Notes: generated by a model from the letters alone, not told the origin. Positions 48,605 to 57,513 are shown, numbered from the stretch's first letter. The stretch: 64,000 bases of DNA from Chitinophaga pinensis (GCA_945861965.1 CAMAWM010000010.1:996-64995), one strand, 5' to 3'. Made by a program: numbers and translations.

Positions 48605-49984
48605 ATGCCACTACCAAAAAGAAACTATTCGAAACCCGATCGCAGCGAAAAAAAATTCGGTTCATCTTTCAAAAAAACAGGAAGAGGATTTGATTCAGCC
48701 AAGCCCAGATCAGACAATGCAAAACCCTATTTTAAGAAACGAAGCGAAGGCGATTCGTTTAATAAAGACAGCAACGATAGAAGAAAACCTTATGGCGACA
48801 AAGGCGGAGATAGCAAAAGACCGTATGTAAAAAGAAGCGAAGATGCAGGATTTGGCGAAAAGCGAGAATACAAAAAACCTTATGGAGATAAAGGCGGAGA
48901 CGGAAAAAGACCGTATGTAAAAAGAGGCGAAGGAACAGGATTTGGTGAAAAACGCGAATACAAAAAACCATATGTAAAAAGAAGTGAAGGTGCAGGATTT
49001 GGTGAAAAACGCGAATACAAAAAACCATATGGAGATAAAGGCGGAGACGGAAAAAGACCGTATGTAAAAAGAGGCGAAGGCACAGGATTTGGCGAAAAAC
49101 GCGAATACAAAAAACCATATGGCGACAAAGGCGGAGACGGAAAAAGACCGTATGAAAAAAGGGACGAAGGAAAACGATATGGCGACAGAAAATTTTCAGG
49201 AAAAAAATTTGAGAAAAGACCCTATTCAAAAAACAAACAAGAAATTGAAGAAACATCGATAGATGGAGAAATAAGATTGAATCGGTATATTTCAAATGCC
49301 GGAATTTGTAGCCGCAGAGATGCCGATGATTTAATTACAGCAGGATTGGTTTCGGTTAACGGAACAATTGTAACTGAGATGGGTTATAAAGTAAAAGCGG
49401 ATGACGATGTTAGATATAACGGACAACGATTATCTGTCGAAAAAAAAATATACATACTGCTGAATAAACCCAAAGATACCATTACTACAAGCGATGATCC
49501 GGAAGGAAGAAAAACCGTAATGGATTTATTTGAAAAAAAATTAGGACAAAGAATTTATCCTGTAGGAAGGCTTGACAGAAATACAACCGGAGTGTTATTT
49601 CTTACTAACGATGGCGAATTTGCTCAACGTTTAACGCATCCAAAATATGGAATTAGCAAAGTGTATAAAGCCACTTTGGATAAAGTGCTACAAAAATCAG
49701 ATGCTTGGCAAATTGCAAACGGTGTAGAGTTAGAAGATGGATTTATAAAACCCGATGCCATTGCTTTTCCCGAGCCCGAAAATAAAAATGTTATAGGTCT
49801 TCAAATACACAGCGGTCGCAACCGTGTTATTCACCGAATTTTTGAAAGTTTGGGATACATAGTCGAAAAATTAGACCGAACTGCTTATGCCGATCTTACA
49901 AAAACAAGATTGAAACGAGGCGAATGGAGAGAATTAGAAGAGAAAGAATTAAAAACGCTGAAAAGATCCTTAGGAATGCGTTAG
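48605..49984 (+). CDS. rluB: pseudouridine synthase RluB/RsuA family with a long basic repeat-containing N-terminal extension
   Basis: 459 aa. The C-terminal ~240 aa contain an S4 domain (RLNRYISNAGICSRRDAD) and the catalytic GRLDRNTTG. The N-terminal ~215 aa are K/R/G/Y-rich repeats. Confidence 0.85.
   Translation: MPLPKRNYSKPDRSEKKFGSSFKKTGRGFDSAKPRSDNAKPYFKKRSEGDSFNKDSNDRRKPYGDKGGDSKRPYVKRSEDAGFGEKREYKKPYGDKGGDGKRPYVKRGEGTGFGEKREYKKPYVKRSEGAGFGEKREYKKPYGDKGGDGKRPYVKRGEGTGFGEKREYKKPYGDKGGDGKRPYEKRDEGKRYGDRKFSGKKFEKRPYSKNKQEIEETSIDGEIRLNRYISNAGICSRRDADDLITAGLVSVNGTIVTEMGYKVKADDDVRYNGQRLSVEKKIYILLNKPKDTITTSDDPEGRKTVMDLFEKKLGQRIYPVGRLDRNTTGVLFLTNDGEFAQRLTHPKYGISKVYKATLDKVLQKSDAWQIANGVELEDGFIKPDAIAFPEPENKNVIGLQIHSGRNRVIHRIFESLGYIVEKLDRTAYADLTKTRLKRGEWRELEEKELKTLKRSLGMR
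48787..49170 (+). repeat. tandem coding repeat, 90-nt (30-aa) unit, about 4 copies including one shortened
   Basis: The unit encodes PYGDKGGDGKRPYVKRGEGTGFGEKREYKK. Copies start at 48787, 48877 and 48967 (the last is a short copy), and again near 49024 and 49114. Confidence 0.85.
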
Positions 49985-50107
49985 CTTTTTTTCATGAATT
50001 TTAGATTGACTCAAAGTACTTTGTTTTAATACAAGTCGAGAGCTTAGTTTATCGTCCAATTTTTAATTTCAATTATCTTCGCACACATAAAAAAATAGTA
50101 GTCACCA

Positions 50108-51181
50108 ATGATTTTAGAAAAACTTATATTAATTCATAATCGCTTTAAACAAGTGGAAGAATTGCTTTCGCAACCAGATGTATTAAGCGACATGAAACGA
50201 TTTACACAATTGAATCGCGAGTATAAAGAGCTTCGAAAAATAGATGTTAAGTATTTTGAATACAAAAATTTACTTGGCAACATTGCCACCGCAAAAGATA
50301 TTTTAAAAACAGAAAAAGATGTCGAATTGCGCGAAATGGCAAAAGCAGAATTGGAAGAATGGGAGCCACAAGTTTCACCAATGGAGGAAGATATCCGTGT
50401 TATTTTAATTCCAAAAGAGCAAGAAGATTCGCGCAATGCTGTAATTGAAATTCGTGGCGGAACAGGAGGAGACGAAGCAAGTTTGTTTGCCGGAGATTTG
50501 TTAAGAATGTATTTGCGTTATTGCGAAAAACGTGGATGGAGAACAGATTTGGTTGATTATACAGAAGGAACAGCAGGCGGATACAAAGAAGCAATAGTAG
50601 AAGTAACAGCCGAAGACGCATACGGAATATTGAAATACGAAAGCGGAGTGCATCGTGTGCAGCGAGTACCCAATACCGAAACACAAGGACGCGTTCATAC
50701 TTCTGCCGCTTCGGTGGTAGTATTGCCCGAAGCTGATGAAGTGGATGTACATTTAAATCCTGCGGACATTGATATGCAAACATCACGATCTGGTGGTGCA
50801 GGCGGACAAAATGTAAATAAAATTGAATCGAAAGTTATGCTTACACACAGACCTTCAGGAATTGTAGTTGTGTGTCAGGTTGAGCGAACTCAAAATGCAA
50901 ATCGCGAAAAAGCAATGCAGATTCTTAGAACCAAACTTTACGAAAGAGAGTTGAAAAAACATTTAGATGGCATTGCAAGCAAACGCAAAACAATGGTTTC
51001 TACTGGCGATCGATCGGCAAAAATACGGACATATAATTTTCCTCAATCGCGAGTTACGGACCACCGCATTGGGTACACAGTTTACAACTTGCACGAGGTA
51101 ATGGATGGAGAAATTCAGGATTTTATTGACAAACTACAGATTGCCGAAAACGCAGAAAAATTGAAAGAAGGAATTAGTTAA
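50108..51181 (+). CDS. prfA: peptide chain release factor 1
   Basis: 357 aa with a P-x-T tripeptide (PNT) in [17 protein letters not shown], and [10 protein letters not shown]. Confidence 0.95.
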   Translation: MILEKLILIHNRFKQVEELLSQPDVLSDMKRFTQLNREYKELRKIDVKYFEYKNLLGNIATAKDILKTEKDVELREMAKAELEEWEPQVSPMEEDIRVILIPKEQEDSRNAVIEIRGGTGGDEASLFAGDLLRMYLRYCEKRGWRTDLVDYTEGTAGGYKEAIVEVTAEDAYGILKYESGVHRVQRVPNTETQGRVHTSAASVVVLPEADEVDVHLNPADIDMQTSRSGGAGGQNVNKIESKVMLTHRPSGIVVVCQVERTQNANREKAMQILRTKLYERELKKHLDGIASKRKTMVSTGDRSAKIRTYNFPQSRVTDHRIGYTVYNLHEVMDGEIQDFIDKLQIAENAEKLKEGIS

Positions 51182-51830
51182 TTTTTCTTGCTACCATCAA
51201 TCCATCGCGAACAGGTAGGATTATATTTTCGACACGCACATCGCTTTTTATTTTTTGGTTAAATGAATTTATTGCTTGCGTATCGGCATCTTTTTTCAAA
51301 TCTGATTCGTTTAGTATTTTTCCGTTCCACAAAACATTGTCGGCAATTAGTAACGCTCCTGTATTCATCTTGTCTATTACCAAATCAAAATAACGAGAGT
51401 AGCTTGTTTTATCCGCATCAATAAATACCAAATCAAAATTCACATCCAAAGTTTTGATAATATTTACAGCATCGCCAATTATCATTTGAATCTTGTTTTT
51501 CATACCAGATTTTTCAAAATATTTGTTGGCCATTAGTTCTAATTCCGCATTGCAATCAATAGTAATTAGTTTGCCGTTTTCAGCTAATCCTTCGGCAAGG
51601 CAAATAGCCGAATAGCCAGTGTAAGTACCAATCTCCAGAATATTTTTTGGGCAAATTAATTTGCTAAATAGGCTTAATATTTTTCCTTGCAAATGACCGC
51701 TTAGCATGCGTGGATGTAAAACATTTGCATACGTTTCGCGATTCAGATTTTTTAACAATTCGCTTTCGGCCGAACTGTGATCTTCGCAATATGCCAACAA
51801 TTTTTTGTCAATAAAATCCATGTTTAGCAA
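51174..51830 (-). CDS. class I SAM-dependent O-methyltransferase (caffeoyl-CoA OMT / TrmR-like family)
   Basis: 218 aa with [13 protein letters not shown] and FIDADK. Confidence 0.8.
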   Translation of the reverse strand: MLNMDFIDKKLLAYCEDHSSAESELLKNLNRETYANVLHPRMLSGHLQGKILSLFSKLICPKNILEIGTYTGYSAICLAEGLAENGKLITIDCNAELELMANKYFEKSGMKNKIQMIIGDAVNIIKTLDVNFDLVFIDADKTSYSRYFDLVIDKMNTGALLIADNVLWNGKILNESDLKKDADTQAINSFNQKIKSDVRVENIILPVRDGLMVARKIN

Positions 51831-51836
51831 TTCACT

Positions 51837-52718
51837 TTATTCATTCTCATAACCCCATTCTTTTAACAATCTGTCGTTGTCTCTCCAATCTTCTTTTACC
51901 TTCACAAATGTTTGAAGAAAAACTTTTTTGCCAAAAAATATTTCCAAATCTCTTCTTGCTGCAATGCCTACATTTTTTATTGCAGAGCCAGCTTTTCCAA
52001 TTAAAATTTGTTTTTGCGAATCGCGCATTACGTAAATCAAAGCAGAAATTCGCAGAATTTTTTCTTCGTCTTTAAACTCGTCAATTTCTACCTGAACAGA
52101 GTATGGAATTTCTTCTTTGTAACGCATCATTATTTTTTCGCGCAAAATTTCGGATGCAATAAATCGTTCTGATTTGTCGGTTACCTGATCTTGATCGAAA
52201 TAAGGTTTTCCTTCGGGCAAATATTTTTTTATTGAATGGATGAGCGTATCTAAATTAAATTTATTTAAAGCAGACAATGGAATTATTTCTTTAAAATTAA
52301 CCTGATTTTTCCAAAAACTTACTTTTTTCATTAAGCCCTCTTCGTTGCTTTCATCAATTTTATTGATAAGGCAAAGCATTGGAATTTGAATTAATTTTAA
52401 TTTTTCAATCAAATCCAACTCTTCATTTCTGTCATTGAAATCGGTGACAAACAATACCAAATCTGAATCCTGCAAACTCTCGTTTACAAATTTCATCATG
52501 CTGCCTTGCAATTTATAGCGTGGTTGAATAATTCCAGGAGTATCTGAAAATACTATTTGACTATCTGCAGAATTCAATATGCCTCGAATTCGGTGGCGAG
52601 TGGTTTGAACTTTTGGGGTAATAATTGAAATTTTTTCGCCAAGAAGCGCATTCATCAAGGTTGATTTTCCCACATTGGGTTTTCCTATTATGCCTACAAA
52701 GCCTGACTTAAATTGCAT
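51837..52718 (-). CDS. era: GTPase Era
   Basis: 293 aa with GKPNVGKST, DTPG, NKID and a C-terminal KH domain (LIGKAGSAIK). Confidence 0.95.
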   Translation of the reverse strand: MQFKSGFVGIIGKPNVGKSTLMNALLGEKISIITPKVQTTRHRIRGILNSADSQIVFSDTPGIIQPRYKLQGSMMKFVNESLQDSDLVLFVTDFNDRNEELDLIEKLKLIQIPMLCLINKIDESNEEGLMKKVSFWKNQVNFKEIIPLSALNKFNLDTLIHSIKKYLPEGKPYFDQDQVTDKSERFIASEILREKIMMRYKEEIPYSVQVEIDEFKDEEKILRISALIYVMRDSQKQILIGKAGSAIKNVGIAARRDLEIFFGKKVFLQTFVKVKEDWRDNDRLLKEWGYENE

Positions 52719-52754
52719 TTTTTAAAAATTAGTTGCGAGGCAAAGAAAGCGCAT

Positions 52755-52762
52755 TATCTTTG
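52755..52762 (+). promoter_or_regulatory. candidate -7 box (TATCTTTG) for the tRNA-fMet gene
   Basis: Exact TAnnTTTG match, 63 nt upstream of the tRNA 5' end, with a TTG about 20 nt further upstream. Confidence 0.4.
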
Positions 52763-52824
52763 CACTCCCAAAATATTAAACTGTTTTTGGGTTTGAGACG
52801 AAGTATTTAGTACGAAAAATATAT

Positions 52825-52896
<72 letters not shown>

Positions 52897-52905
52897 CAAA
52901 AAATA

Positions 52906-52938
52906 AAAGGTCAACAATTCATTTGTTGACCTTTTTTT
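52906..52938 (+). terminator. rho-independent terminator after tRNA-fMet
   Basis: 12-bp stem AAAGGTCAACAA / TTGTTGACCTTT with a 5-nt loop, followed by a T-run. Confidence 0.8.
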
Positions 52939-53225
52939 ATGTGATAGATTGTAAAAGTTAAAAACGCATTCTACCAATTCTGCTTACTGATTGCAAAAGC
53001 CATTATTACTTAGGTTAAATAAAGTTTAATTGTGTTTCACAAAAACTTTTCCCATTTCTGCACATTTCCGAAAAAGTCCTTATTGGCCTAGGGCAAAAAT
53101 TATGAACAGGATTAAGAATCCCGAAATTGTTGTTGATTTCTACTGTTTAAAAATATTCAAATAGCCATATCGCGGAGTTTCGGAATTGTGAATTTCTTGT
53201 AAAATTTTGACAGCTTTCATCAAAT

Positions 53226-53233
53226 TATATTTG
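53226..53233 (+). promoter_or_regulatory. candidate -7 box (TATATTTG) for the DnaB-like/retron cassette
   Basis: Exact TAnnTTTG match, 20 nt upstream of the ATG at 53253. Confidence 0.35.
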
Positions 53234-53252
53234 AATAAAGTTTGAAATCAAA

Positions 53253-54665
53253 ATGCAAGAATTAATTTACCTCGAGCAATCTATTTTAAGAAAAATTATT
53301 GAAAATCCGGAAGCATTTGTCCAAACTGTGCACGAATTAAATGATAGGTATTTCAATAATTTATTTCACCGCAAATTGATTGAAAGAATTCGTGATGTTT
53401 TTAATAAGTATAAAGAAAATATTGATTGTGTTTTGCTGCAAAATGAATTGAGCAAATTTGTAAATAATTTAAACACTACAGAAATTCAGGAAATGGAATT
53501 TGTTTTGATGAAACCATTGATTGACAAACAAAAGGTAAAAGCATATCTTGAATTGTTGGGCGAACATTTTCTAAAAAATCAGCTACAAAAAATTGCTGCT
53601 AACATGTCAGAATTATGTAATTCCAAGTCTTATGTAAACCGAAAGGAAATTGAACCTTTCATCAAAAGGTTGGATGCATTATATACTACAAAATACAGTT
53701 CTGAAATTCATGATATTTCAGATTTGTTTCAAGAGTTTTTGAGCGAAATAAATTCAAATAGTAGACCGTATGTAAAAACAGGTTGGAACAATTTCAATAA
53801 AAATTTTCTGGGCATTTATCGTGGATGTATTACAGTAGTTGGAGCAAGGCCAGGAATTGGAATAACTGCTTTTTTATGTAATTTATTGTTAAACACTGTT
53901 GACGAATCAGAATTAAATTACATGATACAAATTGGCGAAAGTAACAAAGGTATTGTTTCATTAATGATGTCATTGATAAGTGGAATTTCTGTATCAGAAA
54001 TAAATAACAATGAATGCATGTCCGAGAAAAATATATCGCTTTTGAAAGAAGCTGAAACCACCATTCAAAAAATGAATCTTGATATTGTTTTTGTTTCTAC
54101 TTTGAGCTTGTATGAATTGGAAAGTATGATTCGTTCCAAAGCTGTTCAGTACAAAATAAAAATGCTTATTGTAGGAAAAATTCAATACGTGTATTTGGAA
54201 AATAAAAGTAAATACATGACCAGAGATCGTGAAATTGGAATCATAATGCAATCGTTAAAAGCACTGGCTATCGAATTGAATATTTGCTTGATACTTGGTA
54301 GTCATGTTTCTCGGTCAGCTGAAAGGAGGGGTAATCTAATGCCAATATTAAGTGATTTAAGAGATAGCGGTTATATTGAAGAGTTTGCAAGCCTTGTGTT
54401 GTTCCTTAATCGCCCAGAAGCGTATGGAATATTTGAGATGGAAGATGGTTCGTCTAGCAATGAAAAATTAATAGTTACTGTTTCCAAAAACGAAAATGGT
54501 GGTTCGGGCAATTGTTTGCTCAGGTATCAATTATTATCACAAAGTGTTACAGATTTTATAGATGAAAATCCATATGAACCAGAAACTAATTTTTACAACA
54601 AGGATACATTTTTGAAACTTATAAATGATTCAAATGAATTTGAAAACAAAACACCTTTTCAATAA
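53253..54665 (+). CDS. DnaB-family helicase paralog with degenerate ATPase motifs (predicted inactive); putative retron accessory/effector protein
   Basis: 470 aa. There is a DnaB N-terminal-domain pattern (LEQSILRKIIENPEAF...FHRKLIERI). The RecA-like C-domain has GARPGIGITAF in place of GARPxMGKTAF, MLIVGKIQY in place of LIVIDYLQ, and then LKALAIELNICLILGSHVSRSAERRG...LSDLRDSGYIEE. Confidence 0.75.
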   Translation: MQELIYLEQSILRKIIENPEAFVQTVHELNDRYFNNLFHRKLIERIRDVFNKYKENIDCVLLQNELSKFVNNLNTTEIQEMEFVLMKPLIDKQKVKAYLELLGEHFLKNQLQKIAANMSELCNSKSYVNRKEIEPFIKRLDALYTTKYSSEIHDISDLFQEFLSEINSNSRPYVKTGWNNFNKNFLGIYRGCITVVGARPGIGITAFLCNLLLNTVDESELNYMIQIGESNKGIVSLMMSLISGISVSEINNNECMSEKNISLLKEAETTIQKMNLDIVFVSTLSLYELESMIRSKAVQYKIKMLIVGKIQYVYLENKSKYMTRDREIGIIMQSLKALAIELNICLILGSHVSRSAERRGNLMPILSDLRDSGYIEEFASLVLFLNRPEAYGIFEMEDGSSSNEKLIVTVSKNENGGSGNCLLRYQLLSQSVTDFIDENPYEPETNFYNKDTFLKLINDSNEFENKTPFQ

Positions 54666-54671
54666 AATATT

Positions 54672-54826
54672 TGCAGGCAGAGAATAGCATGAGTAATTTA
54701 AAAGTATGAGTCTGAAAATGATAAACGCTTTGGGGCGGTGCACCTGCTGCCTTTTGTTCAATGTGACCAACACTGCAAGGCTAGCGCCTTGCATCGACTT
54801 TGGAATAAGATGTTAAACTGCCTGCA
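54672..54826 (+). ncRNA. putative retron msr/msd non-coding RNA template
   Basis: A 9-bp inverted repeat, TGCAGGCAG (54672-54680) / CTGCCTGCA (54818-54826), brackets the whole intergenic region and ends 15 nt before the RT start. There is an internal 8-bp hairpin TGCAAGGC-TAGC-GCCTTGCA (54774-54793). No ORF is present. Confidence 0.6.
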
Positions 54827-54841
54827 TTTTTTAACGACAAT

Positions 54842-55801
54842 ATGAAATTTTATGGAATAAATTATATTAATGATTTGTGCAGTTTACTTAATTGTACTCG
54901 TAAAGAATTATTTGAATTAATACAAAATAGGCAATACACACAATTTACAATTCCTAAAAAGAAAGGAGGGTTTAGACTTATAGAAAGCCCAGACGAAAAG
55001 TTGAAAAAAACGCAAAGAGGAATAGCGGATTTGTTAAATGAAGATTATGCCAATCACAAACCAAAGTGTGTTCATGGATTCGTAAAACATATTTTCCATG
55101 TGCCATCAACAAAAAATATTGGAATCATAAGCAACGCAAAAAATCATGTAGCGAAGAAATATGTTTGGAATATTGATCTGCAAGATTTCTTTCATTCAAT
55201 TACAATAGTTAAAGTTCGCAATCTATTTATGGGTAATATTTTTAAAATGGAAAGAACCAGTGCTGAAGTATTAGCTCTGTTATGTACGCACAATAAAAAA
55301 TTGGCCGTTGGTTCGCCAAGCTCTCCTGTTTTAAGCAATTTTGTATTGTTGAATTTGGATGAAACCTTGCAACAGATTGCTAATATTAATAATTTAACCT
55401 ATAGCCGATATGCCGATGATCTTACCTTTTCAAGCAATGAAATTATTCAAACCGAAACGATGTCTGAAATTAGAATGAATATTGAATCAAATGGGTTTAA
55501 ACTTAATCCTTTAAAAAACCGATTGAAGAAAAATACTCAAAAACAATCTGTTACGGGTTTAAAAGTAAATGTAAAATTAAATGTAGACAGAAAATTTAAA
55601 AGAAAACTTAGAGCTATAAATCATGATATAGATTGCAATGGAATAGCAGCGGCAACAAAAAAATATTTTAAAATGAAATCAGAAGCAAGCAAAGACGATA
55701 TTTCAAAATTTGTACATGCCTACAATGGATTGAGTAATTATTATAGTTTAGTCGTAAATAATGCAAATCAAAAATTTGAAGGATACGAAACGATGAATTA
55801 A
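54842..55801 (+). CDS. retron-type reverse transcriptase
   Basis: 319 aa with IPKKKGGFRLIESP (RT1), NAKNH (the retron NAxxH; 55133-55147), IDLQDFFHSI (RT3), GSPSSPVLSNF (RT4), YSRYADDLTFS (RT5; YADD at 55409-55420) and QSVTGLKVN (the retron VTG; 55550-55558). Confidence 0.85.
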   Translation: MKFYGINYINDLCSLLNCTRKELFELIQNRQYTQFTIPKKKGGFRLIESPDEKLKKTQRGIADLLNEDYANHKPKCVHGFVKHIFHVPSTKNIGIISNAKNHVAKKYVWNIDLQDFFHSITIVKVRNLFMGNIFKMERTSAEVLALLCTHNKKLAVGSPSSPVLSNFVLLNLDETLQQIANINNLTYSRYADDLTFSSNEIIQTETMSEIRMNIESNGFKLNPLKNRLKKNTQKQSVTGLKVNVKLNVDRKFKRKLRAINHDIDCNGIAAATKKYFKMKSEASKDDISKFVHAYNGLSNYYSLVVNNANQKFEGYETMN

Positions 55802-56580
55802 TAAAACCTAGCGCATTTCATTCGCGTAGGAATTCTGTACACTAAGCTGAATGAAGAAATGATGTACCAATCGTTGTAATCAGCATTGCCGCGCTTTTGG
55901 CCAACTCTGCTTTTGAATGCGCCTGTAGCTTCAAATGATCTATCGACAAGATAACTTCGCATAACAGTTTTGTTAGAAATGTCAATGTAGTTGGCGCTGC
56001 AATCGTCTAAATAATCGGTAAATGTTCTACGAAAACCAAGCTGTCCTTCAAGCGACATTCTTCTTGCAAAAATCCATTTTACTCCAACACCAAAAGGAAT
56101 TGAGAAATCAAATTTGCTGTAACTTACATTTTCAGTTCTCCAATCTCGAAGCACAACTTTCGTGCTTCCAAACATGGTTTCAGGACTAAATTTAAATGCA
56201 GAAAGTCCGCCATACACATATCCGGTAATTTTATCATCTAACACTCCGTATCCAAATTTTACAAAATTGAATTCGAAAATGGAAGTGTATTCTGTAACTT
56301 TAGTTGTAAAATCGAGGTTTCGGTTTTTGTTGAACTCAAAATTTTTATCTGTTCCGCTTAAAGTCAAACTTGTTATCTGGTTGTTCCAGGCCCAATTTTT
56401 TGATATATTATAGCGTACAAAAATTGTTGAAGATCCGTGTGTTTCATTCCAAGCAATAGATGGTGCCAAATCGCCCCAATAGTTTGCCAAACCTAGCGAT
56501 AAGCCAAAGTCAACTTTTTGAGATTTTGCAATCTGAAAAGCAAATACAAATAAAATTAAAACTAATTTTTTTTGTTTCAT
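55798..56580 (-). CDS. outer-membrane beta-barrel protein (DUF6089-like), paralog 1
   Basis: 260 aa with a signal peptide, alternating beta-strand pattern, the shared motif TDYLDD and C-terminus C-x-RFY. Confidence 0.6.
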   Translation of the reverse strand: MKQKKLVLILFVFAFQIAKSQKVDFGLSLGLANYWGDLAPSIAWNETHGSSTIFVRYNISKNWAWNNQITSLTLSGTDKNFEFNKNRNLDFTTKVTEYTSIFEFNFVKFGYGVLDDKITGYVYGGLSAFKFSPETMFGSTKVVLRDWRTENVSYSKFDFSIPFGVGVKWIFARRMSLEGQLGFRRTFTDYLDDCSANYIDISNKTVMRSYLVDRSFEATGAFKSRVGQKRGNADYNDWYIISSFSLVYRIPTRMKCARFY

Positions 56581-56595
56581 TTTAAGTGAAAACTA

Positions 56596-57462
56596 TTAAT
56601 AAAAAATTGGACATCCTTGTCCTTTGTTTCTAATAATAAACGAAAGTGTAACACCAGCCATTATATAAATGTCGTTTTCAAATGTTGTTTTTCGGCTTCT
56701 TAATTCTCCTTCTTGAAAATAGCCTTGCGGTATAGTTGGATCCGTTTCCCACGAACGATCAGCTAGTCTGCGAGCAACATTACCCGATGCGCCTTCCACC
56801 ACAGAATTAAGTGCATACATTCCTCCAACATCGTCTAAGTAATTTGTACTTGTGTATCTAATTCCAATTTCAGCCCCTAAAGTGAAGTTGTTTCCAATTC
56901 GTTGTCTAATTCCAACACCAAAAGGGAAAGCAAATTCTGTTAATGAATATCGTTTTTGATCGTTGTAAACAGTGCTTCCTTGTCCTTCTGTGGCTAAAGG
57001 CTGCAGTTCGTAAACGGTATCGTTCAATGAAGTTTTAGGATTGTAATTAAATACGCCAATACCACCAAATGCATAAAGCACAAAAGGTCGAGTATTGATA
57101 TTCCTTAAATCATTTTCAAGTATATTATACTCGCAATGCACAGAAAATTCAAATACATCACTGAAGAAATTGAGGTTCCTAAGTTTTGATTCAGCAACTG
57201 AACTGTTTTTATCGTCAGCAGACAATTGTCCGTATCCTGCAAAGCCTTTTACTGCTACAAAATTTGAAATATTATACCTTCCAAACAAACCAACAGACGT
57301 GCCACTTGAGCCCAAAACAAGGCTTTCGTCACTTAAATCGCCAATATAATTTGACATTCCACCCATCAATCCAATCTCTACCATTTGTGCTTTTAAAGGC
57401 ATCAAATTCAGGCTTATAAATAAACAAAGTATAGCTTTTTTAAATACACTCATAGAAAACAA
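56596..57462 (-). CDS. outer-membrane beta-barrel protein (DUF6089-like), paralog 2
   Basis: 288 aa, colinear with the neighbouring paralog (GDLS/GDLA, FPFGVG, TNYLDD, C-terminal CPIFY). Confidence 0.6.
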   Translation of the reverse strand: MFSMSVFKKAILCLFISLNLMPLKAQMVEIGLMGGMSNYIGDLSDESLVLGSSGTSVGLFGRYNISNFVAVKGFAGYGQLSADDKNSSVAESKLRNLNFFSDVFEFSVHCEYNILENDLRNINTRPFVLYAFGGIGVFNYNPKTSLNDTVYELQPLATEGQGSTVYNDQKRYSLTEFAFPFGVGIRQRIGNNFTLGAEIGIRYTSTNYLDDVGGMYALNSVVEGASGNVARRLADRSWETDPTIPQGYFQEGELRSRKTTFENDIYIMAGVTLSFIIRNKGQGCPIFY

Positions 57463-57513
57463 AAATAGGAATATTTTTCAAACTACATAATGACATGATT
57501 ATTTTTAGCAAAC

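Noticed and set aside
48759-49295. 178-aa and 82-aa minus-strand ORFs with striking internal repeats.
   Set aside because: They mirror the 90-nt tandem coding repeats of the rluB N-terminal extension on the opposite strand. The plus-strand frame continues into a bona fide S4 and pseudouridine synthase domain.
52897-55801. Calling the tRNA-adjacent region an integrative mobile element or prophage remnant.
   Set aside because: There is no integrase, recombinase, transposase or excisionase ORF. There is no duplication of the tRNA 3' end and no terminal inverted repeats. Only a 12-nt repeat of the tRNA 5' end was found, and it is reported separately as a weak clue.
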